64,000 nucleotides of DNA from Dehalococcoidia bacterium (GCA_029936815.1 JAPYRX010000001.1:4256-68255), one strand, 5' to 3'. Shown: positions 30,094 through 39,892, counted from the first letter of the stretch. Notes: a model not told the origin generated them from the sequence alone. Numbers and translations are program-made.

Positions 30094-30679
30094 ATACGAT
30101 TTGATGAAATATATACTTCAAAATAGTGAAAATTCTCCAATAATCTCAAACTTAGGGCCAACTTCTGATGAATTATGGCATTTAACTAAAGAATTAGAAA
30201 TACATCCAAGAGAACGAAATTTTTATACATACGGATCAATGGGATTATGTTCATCAATTGCACTAGGTATATCTATAAATACTACAGAAAAAGTTATTTC
30301 AATTGATGGCGATGGCTCTTTGTTGATGAATTTAGGAACGCTCTCAACTATAGGTAGAATTTCACCGGAAAACCTAATTATAGTAGTTTGTGATAATGAA
30401 ATGTGGGCCCAAACTGGTTACCAGCCAACAGCAACGGCATTTAATACTGATTTAGAAAAAGTTGCTAAATCTTGTGGATTTAAAAACACTTTTAAATGTA
30501 CTAATATAAATGAGTTCAAAAATACTTTCAGTAAATCTTTAAATCTAAATGGCCCAACTATGATTGTTGCAAAAACAAAAGAAACTGGTGAATTCCCTGA
30601 AGTCACACCTGTAGAACCCGAATTCACAGTATATAGATTTAGAAACTCTATGATGAATAATATTGAGGCAAAACTATGA
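30074..30679 (+). CDS. comE: TPP-dependent sulfopyruvate/phosphonopyruvate decarboxylase family, beta subunit (ComE-like)
   Basis: GSMGLCSSIALG and the TPP-binding motif IDGDGSLLMNLGTLSTIG. The start is uncertain: ATG 30074 is in frame, overlaps comD and keeps the LRYDLMKYI segment; TTG 30086 and ATG 30104 are alternatives. Confidence 0.7.
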   Translation: MEVKLLRYDLMKYILQNSENSPIISNLGPTSDELWHLTKELEIHPRERNFYTYGSMGLCSSIALGISINTTEKVISIDGDGSLLMNLGTLSTIGRISPENLIIVVCDNEMWAQTGYQPTATAFNTDLEKVAKSCGFKNTFKCTNINEFKNTFSKSLNLNGPTMIVAKTKETGEFPEVTPVEPEFTVYRFRNSMMNNIEAKL

Positions 30680-31605
30680 ATTCTTCAGTAGCTTTTTACA
30701 AAGGAGATTTTGTTCCTTATGAAAATGCAAAATTACACATTACAACACATGCCTTACATTACGGAACATCTGTATTTGAAGGAATTCGTGGTAATTGGAA
30801 TGAAAAAGAAAATACTCTATTTGTTTTTAGAATGAAAGAACATTTTGATAGACTTTTAGAGGGATGTAAAATGCTTATGATGAATATTCCTTACAATTCT
30901 GATCAATTATGCAATATTACTTTAGAGTTATTAGAGAAAAATAAATTTAAAGAAGATGTTTACATTCGTCCGTTAGCTTATAAAAGTGCGGAAGTTGTTG
31001 CAAACTTGAAATTACAAGACTTGGAAAGTGACTTTGCTCTGGTTGCGGTGCCATTTGGACTATATATTGATTCAACTAGAGCAATTAATTGTTGTACTTC
31101 TTCGTGGAGAAGAATAGAAGATACCATGATCCCTACAAGGTCTAAAATAGGAGGCCATTATGTAAATAGCATCCTAGCAAAAACAGAAGCTACTTTATCT
31201 GGGTTTGATGAAGCAATATTCCTAACAGAAAGCGGATACGTTTCAGAAGGGGCAGGAGAAAATTTATTTCTAATAAAAGATAAAACTATTTTTATCCCTC
31301 CAGTATCTGATAATAATTTATCTGGGATAACTAGAGATTCAGTCATTAAGTTAATAAAAAATGAATTAAATTTAGATATAGTAGAAAGACAAATAAGAAG
31401 ATCGGAAATATACCTTGCCGACGAATTATTTTTAACTGGCACAGCTGCTCATGTAACTGCAGTAGGGTCTTTGGATAGTAGGCCCATAGGATCAGGAAAA
31501 GTTGGCCCGATAACAAAATCAATTCAAATTTTATATTTCGATTGTGTAACTGGTGATTTTAAAAAATATATTAATTGGTGTACTCCAACAAATAAGAACT
31601 TATGA
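30676..31605 (+). CDS. Class IV (branched-chain/D-amino-acid type) aminotransferase
   Basis: LHYGTSVFEGIR, the EGAGENLF motif and GITRDSVI. The ATG overlaps the comE-like stop (ATGA). Confidence 0.85.
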   Translation: MNSSVAFYKGDFVPYENAKLHITTHALHYGTSVFEGIRGNWNEKENTLFVFRMKEHFDRLLEGCKMLMMNIPYNSDQLCNITLELLEKNKFKEDVYIRPLAYKSAEVVANLKLQDLESDFALVAVPFGLYIDSTRAINCCTSSWRRIEDTMIPTRSKIGGHYVNSILAKTEATLSGFDEAIFLTESGYVSEGAGENLFLIKDKTIFIPPVSDNNLSGITRDSVIKLIKNELNLDIVERQIRRSEIYLADELFLTGTAAHVTAVGSLDSRPIGSGKVGPITKSIQILYFDCVTGDFKKYINWCTPTNKNL

Positions 31606-31778
31606 TAAAAAAATTATTAGAATTAGTTAAATATAAAACTAAATATATTATTCCAAAAGATGAATATAACTCATTAGAAACTAGGATTGGAGGAATAATT
31701 TCAGATTCTGAAGAATTAAATAATATAAAATTTCATAATATGGAATTCCCTCCCATAAAAAATCATGAAAAACAATAA
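31602..31778 (+). CDS. Unannotated 58-aa small protein, candidate GatC/AtzG-like partner of the downstream amidase
   Basis: Hand translation: MIKKLLELVKYKTKYIIPKDEYNSLETRIGGIISDSEELNNIKFHNMEFPPIKNHEKQ*. Its ATG shares ATGA with the upstream stop, and its 3' end overlaps the amidase ATG by 14 nt. Confidence 0.55.
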   Translation: MIKKLLELVKYKTKYIIPKDEYNSLETRIGGIISDSEELNNIKFHNMEFPPIKNHEKQ

Positions 31779-33171
31779 TTTCTCATATACCTCAATATCT
31801 GATCTTTCTAAATTGATACAAAACAAAGATGTATCTCCTGTGGAATTAACTAATTTTTTCATTGAAAAATTAGTTAATGAAGGCCCGTCATACAATGCTG
31901 TTGCACATATTAATGAGAAATCTGCAATTGAACAGGCAAAAAACGCAGAGAAATCAATTTTAAACAATGAATATTTAGGGCCTCTACATGGTATTCCTTT
32001 TGCAGCCAAAGATTTATTAGCGACAAAAGATGGAAGCCCTACTTCATGGGGGGCAAAACCTTTGATTAAACAAAAATTTGATATTGAATCGACTATAATA
32101 ACTAATCTTAAAAATTCTGGCGCTATTTTATCTGCAAAGACTTCAATGGTAGAATTTGCAGGAGGCATGGGATATCAACAACCTGACGCTAGTGCATTTG
32201 GCCCAGGAATAAATCCTTGGAACAAATCTTATTGGAGTGGCGGATCTTCAAGCGGTTCAGGATCAGCTGTATCAGCTGGGTTAATTCCTTTTGCAATTGG
32301 TTCTGAAACATGGGGGTCAATTCTAACTCCTGCAGCAAATTGCGGCGTCACTGGATATAGACCGACATTTGGAATTGTAAGCAGGTTTGGATCAATGGTT
32401 TTATCATGGACTTTAGATAAAATCGGCCCATTAGCACTATCTGCTGAAGATACAAATATTATTGCCCAATCAATTATTGGAAAAGATGATAATGACCCAT
32501 ATTCAGTAAAAACAATTTATGATACTAATAAAAAACTTCCTCCAAATTTGAAAATCGGAATTCCTAAAGGTATAGACTACAATATACAAAATGAAGTCAA
32601 AGACAATTTCCGCATATCTCTTGCAAAATTAAGTGAGAAATTTGAAATTATTGAAATAGAATTACCCGACATTCCAACTAGTGCAGCAACAAGAACAATT
32701 TTATCAGCTGAAGTTAGTTCTGCATTTGAAGAAATTTTTGATAAAGGGTTACAGACTAAATTAAATGCAAAAGAAACACATTATTCTGTTTTAAGTACAA
32801 ACACTGTATTAGCAAAAGATTACATAAAATCTTTGAGAATACAAAATATGCTAAACGAAAAAATGAACAAATTATTTTCTGAAGTAGATATTATTATAAG
32901 CCCCGTAAAGCCAAAAACCGCATCTCAAATAGATGAAAATTTCAGATGGGCTACTAGAAAAGAATTTAATGAAGAACATCCGATTTCTCTTATTGGCGCT
33001 ATTGGAAATTTAATTGGCCTACCTGCTATCAGCATACCTAATGGATTTGACAAAAATGAGCTACCTACAAGTATTCATTTTATTGCAAACAACCATCAAG
33101 ATGATCTTGTAATCAAAATTGCTGAATATATTCAAGCCACAACAGATTGGCATAATAATCATCCAAATTAA
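31765..33171 (+). CDS. Amidase-signature family hydrolase (GatA/AtzE-like paralogue)
   Basis: GGSSSGSGSAVSAG signature, GSETWGSIL and 468 aa length. It is distinct from the true gatA at 1..1278. Confidence 0.85.
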   Translation: MKNNNFSYTSISDLSKLIQNKDVSPVELTNFFIEKLVNEGPSYNAVAHINEKSAIEQAKNAEKSILNNEYLGPLHGIPFAAKDLLATKDGSPTSWGAKPLIKQKFDIESTIITNLKNSGAILSAKTSMVEFAGGMGYQQPDASAFGPGINPWNKSYWSGGSSSGSGSAVSAGLIPFAIGSETWGSILTPAANCGVTGYRPTFGIVSRFGSMVLSWTLDKIGPLALSAEDTNIIAQSIIGKDDNDPYSVKTIYDTNKKLPPNLKIGIPKGIDYNIQNEVKDNFRISLAKLSEKFEIIEIELPDIPTSAATRTILSAEVSSAFEEIFDKGLQTKLNAKETHYSVLSTNTVLAKDYIKSLRIQNMLNEKMNKLFSEVDIIISPVKPKTASQIDENFRWATRKEFNEEHPISLIGAIGNLIGLPAISIPNGFDKNELPTSIHFIANNHQDDLVIKIAEYIQATTDWHNNHPN

Positions 33172-34268
33172 AAAGTACTTATTTTATCGATATCCATTTC
33201 AATTGATATATTATCAAACCATTCAACTACTTCTTTATGTAATGGTATTCCATTTTTAATTCTATCAGCCTCATTCTCAAATTCCATAATCCCCGGATAT
33301 ATAACTCTTTCAGATTCAGAAATTGAAGGAGTATCAAGTAATTTTGATAACATCAAATCCATATTATCAATAAATTGAGTATATTCAGTAAAAGAGTCTA
33401 TATTAAATGCTGCAAAAAAATGGCATAGATTTCCTTTTGAATCTATCATGTTTGGCACATTTCCAGATAAAATTGTACAAAGAATTTCTACAAATAACGA
33501 GAGCCCATAACCCTTATGAGATCCTTGATCTCTATTGCCTCCGAGTGGTAATAGAGGTGGAATATGAATAAAATCTTCAGAAGTTTCAATTCCAACAGAT
33601 TCCATAATTGGATTACCTTTATTATCAGCTATTGAACCTGAACTTAATTTTGTACCATTTCGAGCAACAAGCCTAACTTTATTACCTGCAATTGAAGACA
33701 TAGCTGCATCAAACAAGAAATAAGGATATGTATTTGATGGCGCTGCCAAAGAAATAGGATTGGTTCCGGTTCTTGTTTCTGCAGCAAAAGTCGGTAATAC
33801 CAAAGTCCCACCTGCTGTTAAACAAATCCCAACCATCCTATTATCTGCGGCTATCATAGCATGGTGACCAACCGCTCCTATATGCCCACTATTAAATAAT
33901 GTTACAACACCAATACCTGTCTTTTTAGCTTTTCCAATCGCTAGTTTCATAGCATCTGGTCCTTGTAAAATACCAAGTCCATTATCACCATCAATATTTA
34001 AATTGGAAATGTTTTCCTTTACAATTTTTATTTTAGGTTTAGGGTTAAGCTTTCCTGATATATAATCTTTAACATAAATTCTAAGCATATTTGAAACGCC
34101 ATGTGTGTCTACACCTCTTAAATCAGTAGATACTAATACATCCGATCCAATTTCAGCTTGATAATCAGGAACGCCACATTTAATAAAAATTTGCCGAACT
34201 ACGTGTCTCAAAGAAGTAGAATCTACTCTTATTTCGTCAGATTTCGGTGTTTTAAATTGATCTAACAT
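33168..34268 (-). CDS. Ldh_2-family (malate/L-lactate/sulfolactate dehydrogenase type) oxidoreductase, ComC-like
   Basis: GVDTHGV, NSGHIGAVGHHA and GSHKGYGLSL motifs typical of the Ldh_2 family. Confidence 0.75.
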   Translation of the reverse strand: MLDQFKTPKSDEIRVDSTSLRHVVRQIFIKCGVPDYQAEIGSDVLVSTDLRGVDTHGVSNMLRIYVKDYISGKLNPKPKIKIVKENISNLNIDGDNGLGILQGPDAMKLAIGKAKKTGIGVVTLFNSGHIGAVGHHAMIAADNRMVGICLTAGGTLVLPTFAAETRTGTNPISLAAPSNTYPYFLFDAAMSSIAGNKVRLVARNGTKLSSGSIADNKGNPIMESVGIETSEDFIHIPPLLPLGGNRDQGSHKGYGLSLFVEILCTILSGNVPNMIDSKGNLCHFFAAFNIDSFTEYTQFIDNMDLMLSKLLDTPSISESERVIYPGIMEFENEADRIKNGIPLHKEVVEWFDNISIEMDIDKISTF

Positions 34269-34289
34269 AAAATAATTTTATATTTTGAC

Positions 34290-35411
34290 TTAATTCAAAG
34301 ACTCTCTAATTTTTTTTATCACAATGTCAACTTCAACATCGTCAACATTTAATGGGTCAAATATTATTTCATCTGGATGTATTAAATTACTTATAAATAT
34401 TGGAGAATCTCCTTCACTCAATCTTTGAATTACATCTTTCGCAGTAGGCCCTTGCCATTCTTCATTAAAAAATATTGAAGCATTAGGTGTTAAATAATCA
34501 TCTTTATCATGTTTTAATTCAACATCTAATCCAGGGGTTTCACTAAAAGCATCTACAACTTTTTGACTACGATTTCTAAAATGTGCCATTTCAGCTTCTT
34601 CATCTTCATTAACAAAATTATGCAATGCAGTTAATATACCGACTATTTCCTCTTTTGCTACTTTTGCAGACCTTCCCAAGAATTGGTGAGGAGAAGCATT
34701 CGCGAATGCTGCATTAATTAAATCTTTTTTACCTGATAATAATCCAGTCCCCTGAGGTCCTCGAATTCCTTTACCTCCACTATGTATAACTAAATCTGCA
34801 CCCATTTTGTGATATTTAGACAAATTCTCTCTTGGGGGTAACATGGAAGCAGCATCTACAATGACAGGAACTCCTCTTGAATGAGCAATTTCTGTGACCT
34901 TGTCCAATGGAAGTGCAAGTTTTGATGTTCCTGGTGAAAAAAGATATGCTACTGCCGCAGTTTTATCTGAAAAAGCAGCTTCTAGTTGCCATTCATGACA
35001 TCTTTTACCATCTCCTATTTCAACAAACTTAGCTCCGGCAGCTCTGTAACATTGATCATAAGGAAATCTTTGTGATCTTTGAATAATGATTTCATTTTTC
35101 ATTCCTTCTGTGTCAGGAAGTTTTGCCATCTTAGCAGGATCATCTCCAGCTATCACTGCGCAAGCTTGTAATAATAAACCGCCAGCCGATCCACTTGTTA
35201 CCAATCCTGATTCAGATCCAGTTAACTCTCCAATCATTTTGCCTGCAGATTTATTTAATTCATCCATATCAAGCATAACTGTGGAAGCTTCAATCATTAT
35301 TTCTGTAACTTCTGATCTTAATTTAGATCCCCCAAATTTCGTGGTAGAACCCGCTGCGCTAATTCCTTTTTTTACGCCTAATTTTTCGTATAATTCATCT
35401 AATTTACTCAT
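34290..35411 (-). CDS. SelA/DgaE-like fold-type I PLP-dependent enzyme
   Basis: VTSGSAGGLLL, DAASMLPP and the lysine context HSGGKGIRGPQGTGLL resemble the L-seryl-tRNA selenium transferase-like family. Confidence 0.6.
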   Translation of the reverse strand: MSKLDELYEKLGVKKGISAAGSTTKFGGSKLRSEVTEIMIEASTVMLDMDELNKSAGKMIGELTGSESGLVTSGSAGGLLLQACAVIAGDDPAKMAKLPDTEGMKNEIIIQRSQRFPYDQCYRAAGAKFVEIGDGKRCHEWQLEAAFSDKTAAVAYLFSPGTSKLALPLDKVTEIAHSRGVPVIVDAASMLPPRENLSKYHKMGADLVIHSGGKGIRGPQGTGLLSGKKDLINAAFANASPHQFLGRSAKVAKEEIVGILTALHNFVNEDEEAEMAHFRNRSQKVVDAFSETPGLDVELKHDKDDYLTPNASIFFNEEWQGPTAKDVIQRLSEGDSPIFISNLIHPDEIIFDPLNVDDVEVDIVIKKIRESLN

Positions 35412-35509
35412 AAAATACCTCCTCTAAAAATAGTAATAATCTAATTAACTTAAATCAATACATATGAGAGGATGTTTATTGACATATCCCTGTTATATAA
35501 CATAATATC

Positions 35510-36397
35510 TTATTTTCGATTTTGAATAATCGTTGCGTTATAAGTATTTTTAAGTAACATAGCTATAGTCATTGGCCCTACGCCACCAGGAACGGGAGTA
35601 ATTGCTTTCACAAAACCTATCATAGACTCATAATCTACGTCCCCAACTAGTCTGAATCCAGATTTTTTAGAATTGTCTTCTACTCTATTTATCCCTACAT
35701 CAATAATTACAGAATTTTTTTTAACCATATCAACTGTTAAAAAATTAGCTCTCCCAATTGCTGCCATTACAATATCAGCATTTTTTGTGTATTCTGAAAT
35801 ATTTTTTGTCCTGGAATGACAAATCGTAATGGTTGAATTGAAGTTTTTCATTTTTTGCACAAACAAATTTCCTAATGGTATCCCAACGATATTACTTCTT
35901 CCTATTATAACAATATTAGAACCTTCAACATTAATATTTGCCCTGTTAAGCATTTCAGATATTCCAAAAGGAGTCGCAGGGATAAATCTTGGTTGACCTA
36001 AGCTAACCAATCCAACATTAAACGGGTGTAATCCATCTACGTCTTTAAGTGGATCTATAGAATATATAATTTTTTCTTTATTAAAATTTTCAGGCAACGG
36101 TAATTGAACTAATATTCCATTTGTGTATGGATCGTTATTTAGATCTTTGATCAAATTAATCACAGATTCAGTTGTGTCTGATGAAGAGAATTTATAGTCT
36201 TCAGCATACATGCCTATGGATAGAGCAGATTTTTGTTTATTTCTAACATAAACTTGCGACGAAGCATCATCTCCAATCAATATAACTGCCAATTTAGGTA
36301 TTATATTGTAATCATTTTTTAATTTGGAAACATCAACAGATATTTCAGATCTTACTTGAGCAGATATTACTTTGCCATCAATTATTTGTGATTTCAC
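35510..36397 (-). CDS. folD: Bifunctional methylenetetrahydrofolate dehydrogenase/cyclohydrolase
   Basis: YVRNKQK, VQLPLP, GRSNIVG and PVPGGVGPMT motifs. Confidence 0.96.
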   Translation of the reverse strand: MKSQIIDGKVISAQVRSEISVDVSKLKNDYNIIPKLAVILIGDDASSQVYVRNKQKSALSIGMYAEDYKFSSSDTTESVINLIKDLNNDPYTNGILVQLPLPENFNKEKIIYSIDPLKDVDGLHPFNVGLVSLGQPRFIPATPFGISEMLNRANINVEGSNIVIIGRSNIVGIPLGNLFVQKMKNFNSTITICHSRTKNISEYTKNADIVMAAIGRANFLTVDMVKKNSVIIDVGINRVEDNSKKSGFRLVGDVDYESMIGFVKAITPVPGGVGPMTIAMLLKNTYNATIIQNRK

Positions 36398-36465
36398 TTG
36401 AATCCCTTACATACAATTTAAAACAGAGATTTTATAATAATGTTAAAAAAGAATAAACACAAGAT

Positions 36466-36831
36466 TTGATAGTTACAGGAACAGATTTAATAGAAATAGA
36501 CAGAATTTCCAAAACTTTGGAAACTTACGGGGAACGGTTTACAAAAAGAATTTTCACTAAACATGAAATAATTTTTTGCAATGGAAAACCAAACTCTCTT
36601 GCAGGAAGATTTGCTGCAAAAGAAGCAGTAATGAAGCTTCTTGGAACAGGAATAAGAGGAGTTGGATGGAAAGAAATTGAAGTACATAGAATAAGAGGGT
36701 TTAAGCCTACAATCAACCTATACCGTAGAGCAAAGATAGTCGCTGAAAAACAAGGCATAATTAACATTGAAATTTCAATCTCTCATTCAAAAACAATGGC
36801 AATAGCTGTTGCAATTGGTGAAATAAAATAA
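36466..36831 (+). CDS. acpS: Holo-[acyl-carrier-protein] synthase
   Basis: GTDLIEIDRI, the FAAKEAVMK motif and 121 aa length. The start codon is TTG. Confidence 0.9.
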   Translation: MIVTGTDLIEIDRISKTLETYGERFTKRIFTKHEIIFCNGKPNSLAGRFAAKEAVMKLLGTGIRGVGWKEIEVHRIRGFKPTINLYRRAKIVAEKQGIINIEISISHSKTMAIAVAIGEIK

Positions 36832-38367
36832 ATGCAAATGACACATTTTGAAAAAATCACTACCGATCAAGAAATAATTGAAATTGAAAAAAACACAATT
36901 AATAACGGGACAAGCGAAGCAACTTTGATTTTGAGAGCAAGTCAAAAAATTTCTGATCATATAGAAAAAACCATCAATAAAAATAGTAAAATTCTTTTCA
37001 TATTAGGGAAAGGTAAAAATGGGAAAGATGGTTATGGGGTATTTAATAATCTGACAAACAAAAATTATAATTGTTCAATATTATTTGTTTTTACTAAATC
37101 TGATTATTCAGATTGGGAAATTAATACTGATCAATCAGAAACAAAATCTTATTATTATGAAGATTCCGAAGATTACAAAAATGTAATTAACACATGCGAT
37201 GTTATTGTGGATGGGATTTTTGGAACAGGTCTTAACAGGCCAATTAATGTGAAAATTCAAAAATTAATATATTACTTAAATAAGTTAAACAAACATGTCA
37301 TATCAATTGATATTCCTTCAGGATTATCTGAATCTAATTTAAAGATAACAGAAAAAAACACAATCATTGCTTCTGAAACTCTATCATTAACAGCTATCAA
37401 ACAATCGTGTTTAAATATCAATACAAATAAATATGCTAATCAAATAATAAATTTAAATATAGGAATTACAGAATTCCCTGATACCTATTTAGGAAAGTAT
37501 TTAATAAACAGAGAATATGCGACGAAATTTATTCATGAAAAAAATAAATATGGTAGTAAAAGAGACTCTGGAAATACAACCATAATTGGTGGGTCGATTA
37601 AATTTCCAGGCGCAATTCTAATGTCTGCTAATGCATGCATGGAAACTGGAATTGGTTTAATCAGCTTATGCATTCCTAATAATATATATACAATTATTGC
37701 AGGTCAAATCCCAGAAGTATCATTAGATATTTCAGAAGATCCTGATAAAAATATAACCATTCATAATATATCTGAAATAATAAAGAAAAAAAGATTAGAT
37801 TCCATATTGATTGGCCCCGGCATGGAAACAAATGAATCTACAATAAATGCAATGGAATATTTCGTTCATAATATTCATGTTAATAATTTAAACGGATTAG
37901 TTATTGATGCAGATGGTATAAATTGTTTGTCAAACATTGGTAATTGGTGGAAATGCAAATTACCAAAAAATACGGTGATAACCCCGCACATAAGAGAAAT
38001 GTCTAGATTAACAAACTTAAACATTGCTGATATTGAATCAAATCCATTTGAAATAATAAGTCATTATTCAAAAAAATGGAAAACAACCATTGTTTTGAAA
38101 GGACCTTTGTCATACATAAGTGACGGGAATAACACTTACGTTTTAAACCACCCTAATCCTGCAATGTCAAAAGGTGGTACGGGCGATGTATTAGCAGGAC
38201 TTATTAATGGATTTTTAGCTCAGCAATCAAATTCGTTATGTAGTTCTATATTAGGAGTGTCATTATTATCCTTAGCAGGAGAATGGTCAAAATTAAAACA
38301 TGGAATCTTAGGGTCCAGTGCAACAAAGTTAATTCAAGGAATTAAAGAGATCAATAAAAATGCATAA
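36832..38367 (+). CDS. nnr: Bifunctional NAD(P)H-hydrate repair enzyme Nnr (epimerase plus ADP-dependent dehydratase)
   Basis: N-terminal YjeF_N domain (GKGKNGKDGY, DGIFGTGL) and a C-terminal carbohydrate-kinase domain (GGTGDVLAGL). Confidence 0.88.
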   Translation: MQMTHFEKITTDQEIIEIEKNTINNGTSEATLILRASQKISDHIEKTINKNSKILFILGKGKNGKDGYGVFNNLTNKNYNCSILFVFTKSDYSDWEINTDQSETKSYYYEDSEDYKNVINTCDVIVDGIFGTGLNRPINVKIQKLIYYLNKLNKHVISIDIPSGLSESNLKITEKNTIIASETLSLTAIKQSCLNINTNKYANQIINLNIGITEFPDTYLGKYLINREYATKFIHEKNKYGSKRDSGNTTIIGGSIKFPGAILMSANACMETGIGLISLCIPNNIYTIIAGQIPEVSLDISEDPDKNITIHNISEIIKKKRLDSILIGPGMETNESTINAMEYFVHNIHVNNLNGLVIDADGINCLSNIGNWWKCKLPKNTVITPHIREMSRLTNLNIADIESNPFEIISHYSKKWKTTIVLKGPLSYISDGNNTYVLNHPNPAMSKGGTGDVLAGLINGFLAQQSNSLCSSILGVSLLSLAGEWSKLKHGILGSSATKLIQGIKEINKNA

Positions 38368-39040
38368 AAATAGTAAATCATTTCAAGTGCAAAAAATGTT
38401 TGACCAAATAGCAGAAAATTATGATTTGATGAATTATATAATGTCATTAGGTAATCATAAAAAATGGGAGCAAGAAATAATCAGTTCAAATATAAATAAA
38501 GACATAAAAATATTGGATATAGCATGTGGGACAGGATCACTTACAAAAGAATTAATAAATATCACATCACAAAAAAATGTGACTGGGCTAGATTTTTCTG
38601 AATCTATGATCTGCTTAGCTCAAAATAAAAATATTAATAATTTAATTTTAGGTGATAGTCATCATATTCCTATAAAAAGTAATACTTTTGAATTAATTAC
38701 TATAGCCTATGGAATCAGAAACTTTGAAAACTTAAGTAATGCTTTAAATGAAATTAAAAGATGTTTAAATAAAAATGGAACTTTAAAAATCATTGAAATC
38801 ATAAAACCAAAAAACACATTGAGATCTATTATCTTCAAAATTGGGTTTAATGTCTTTGCTCCGATATTAGGAATGATTATTTCTAGAAATATAAAAGCTT
38901 ACAGATATCTCCCTAAATCAGCAAATCTATTTTTATCAAAAGATTCACTTTACGACCTTTTAAATTCTCATGGATTTAAAAATATAACTATCAAACAAAA
39001 ATTGTTTGGATCAGTGATACTATTAGAAACAAGTGTTTGA
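38360..39040 (+). CDS. ubiE: Demethylmenaquinone/ubiquinone methyltransferase UbiE/MenG
   Basis: The MFDQIAENYDLMNYIMSLGNHKKW signature, the SAM motif LDIACGTG and IAYGIRN. Confidence 0.88.
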   Translation: MHKNSKSFQVQKMFDQIAENYDLMNYIMSLGNHKKWEQEIISSNINKDIKILDIACGTGSLTKELINITSQKNVTGLDFSESMICLAQNKNINNLILGDSHHIPIKSNTFELITIAYGIRNFENLSNALNEIKRCLNKNGTLKIIEIIKPKNTLRSIIFKIGFNVFAPILGMIISRNIKAYRYLPKSANLFLSKDSLYDLLNSHGFKNITIKQKLFGSVILLETSV

Positions 39041-39041
39041 A

Positions 39042-39821
39042 TCAATTTAAATTAATTCTTTCCGATAATAATTTATTAGATAATTCGTCATAAAAACTAC
39101 TAGCTGCGTTTCCTAAAAATTTCCGTAAAAAAGAAACTTTGGGCTTAAATAAAACTATATCTTTAGAACATTTACCAATTTTAGAAGCATAATTTATTGC
39201 AGTATTGATATCTCCAATTTCATCAATAAGGCCTAACTCTTTTGCTTTAGGAGCCCAATAAATTTTACCATCAGCAATTTCTTTTATTGTAGCAATATCT
39301 TCTTTTCTGCTTTTTGATACTATTTGAATAAATCTAGTGTAATAATCGTCAATAAATTGTTGAAGATACACAGAGTCATTTTTAGTTTGTTTTCTCCAAG
39401 TTGATCCAGAATCTTTGTATTCTCCCGTTTTATTAACATTGATCTTAACGCCTAATTTATTTAATAAATCAGATAAAACAGGTCTTACAGAAATAACTCC
39501 AATAGATCCTAAAATCGATGCTTCTGATGCAATTATTCTTCTTGAAGCACAAGCAACAAGATAACCTCCGGAAGCACCCAATCCTTGCACATAAGCTATA
39601 ACAGGTTTTGTTTTATTTAATTCATTTAATGAGCTGAAAATTAAATCTGAATCAGTCACTCCTCCGCCAGGAGAATTAATATCTAATATTAATACTTTTA
39701 TAGATTTATTTTTTTTAATCTTCAAAATCAAAGGATAAATTTGATCATATTTAATATTGGATCCAATAGTTCCATGTATTTTTAATATACCAATTTTTCC
39801 TTTTCTAAAAATCCTAAGCAT
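39042..39821 (-). CDS. sppA: Signal peptide peptidase SppA, 36K type (S49)
   Basis: INSPGG, ASGGY, GSIGV and LGLIDEIG motifs. Confidence 0.88.
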   Translation of the reverse strand: MLRIFRKGKIGILKIHGTIGSNIKYDQIYPLILKIKKNKSIKVLILDINSPGGGVTDSDLIFSSLNELNKTKPVIAYVQGLGASGGYLVACASRRIIASEASILGSIGVISVRPVLSDLLNKLGVKINVNKTGEYKDSGSTWRKQTKNDSVYLQQFIDDYYTRFIQIVSKSRKEDIATIKEIADGKIYWAPKAKELGLIDEIGDINTAINYASKIGKCSKDIVLFKPKVSFLRKFLGNAASSFYDELSNKLLSERINLN

Positions 39822-39892
39822 AATTTGATCTAATATAAAATTCTGAGATAATAAAATATAATTTATTTATATGGAGTATCTTATTTGAAAAT

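Noticed and set aside
30676-31605. Calling the class IV aminotransferase simply the housekeeping ilvE
   Set aside because: This is not rejected outright. It is left unnamed because the gene is translationally coupled on both sides to non-BCAA genes. Deciding requires a genome-wide ilvE count.
39030-39060. Imperfect AT-only palindrome between convergent ubiE and sppA, considered as a terminator
   Set aside because: The stem has mismatches and consists only of A/T pairs. It is too weak to call.
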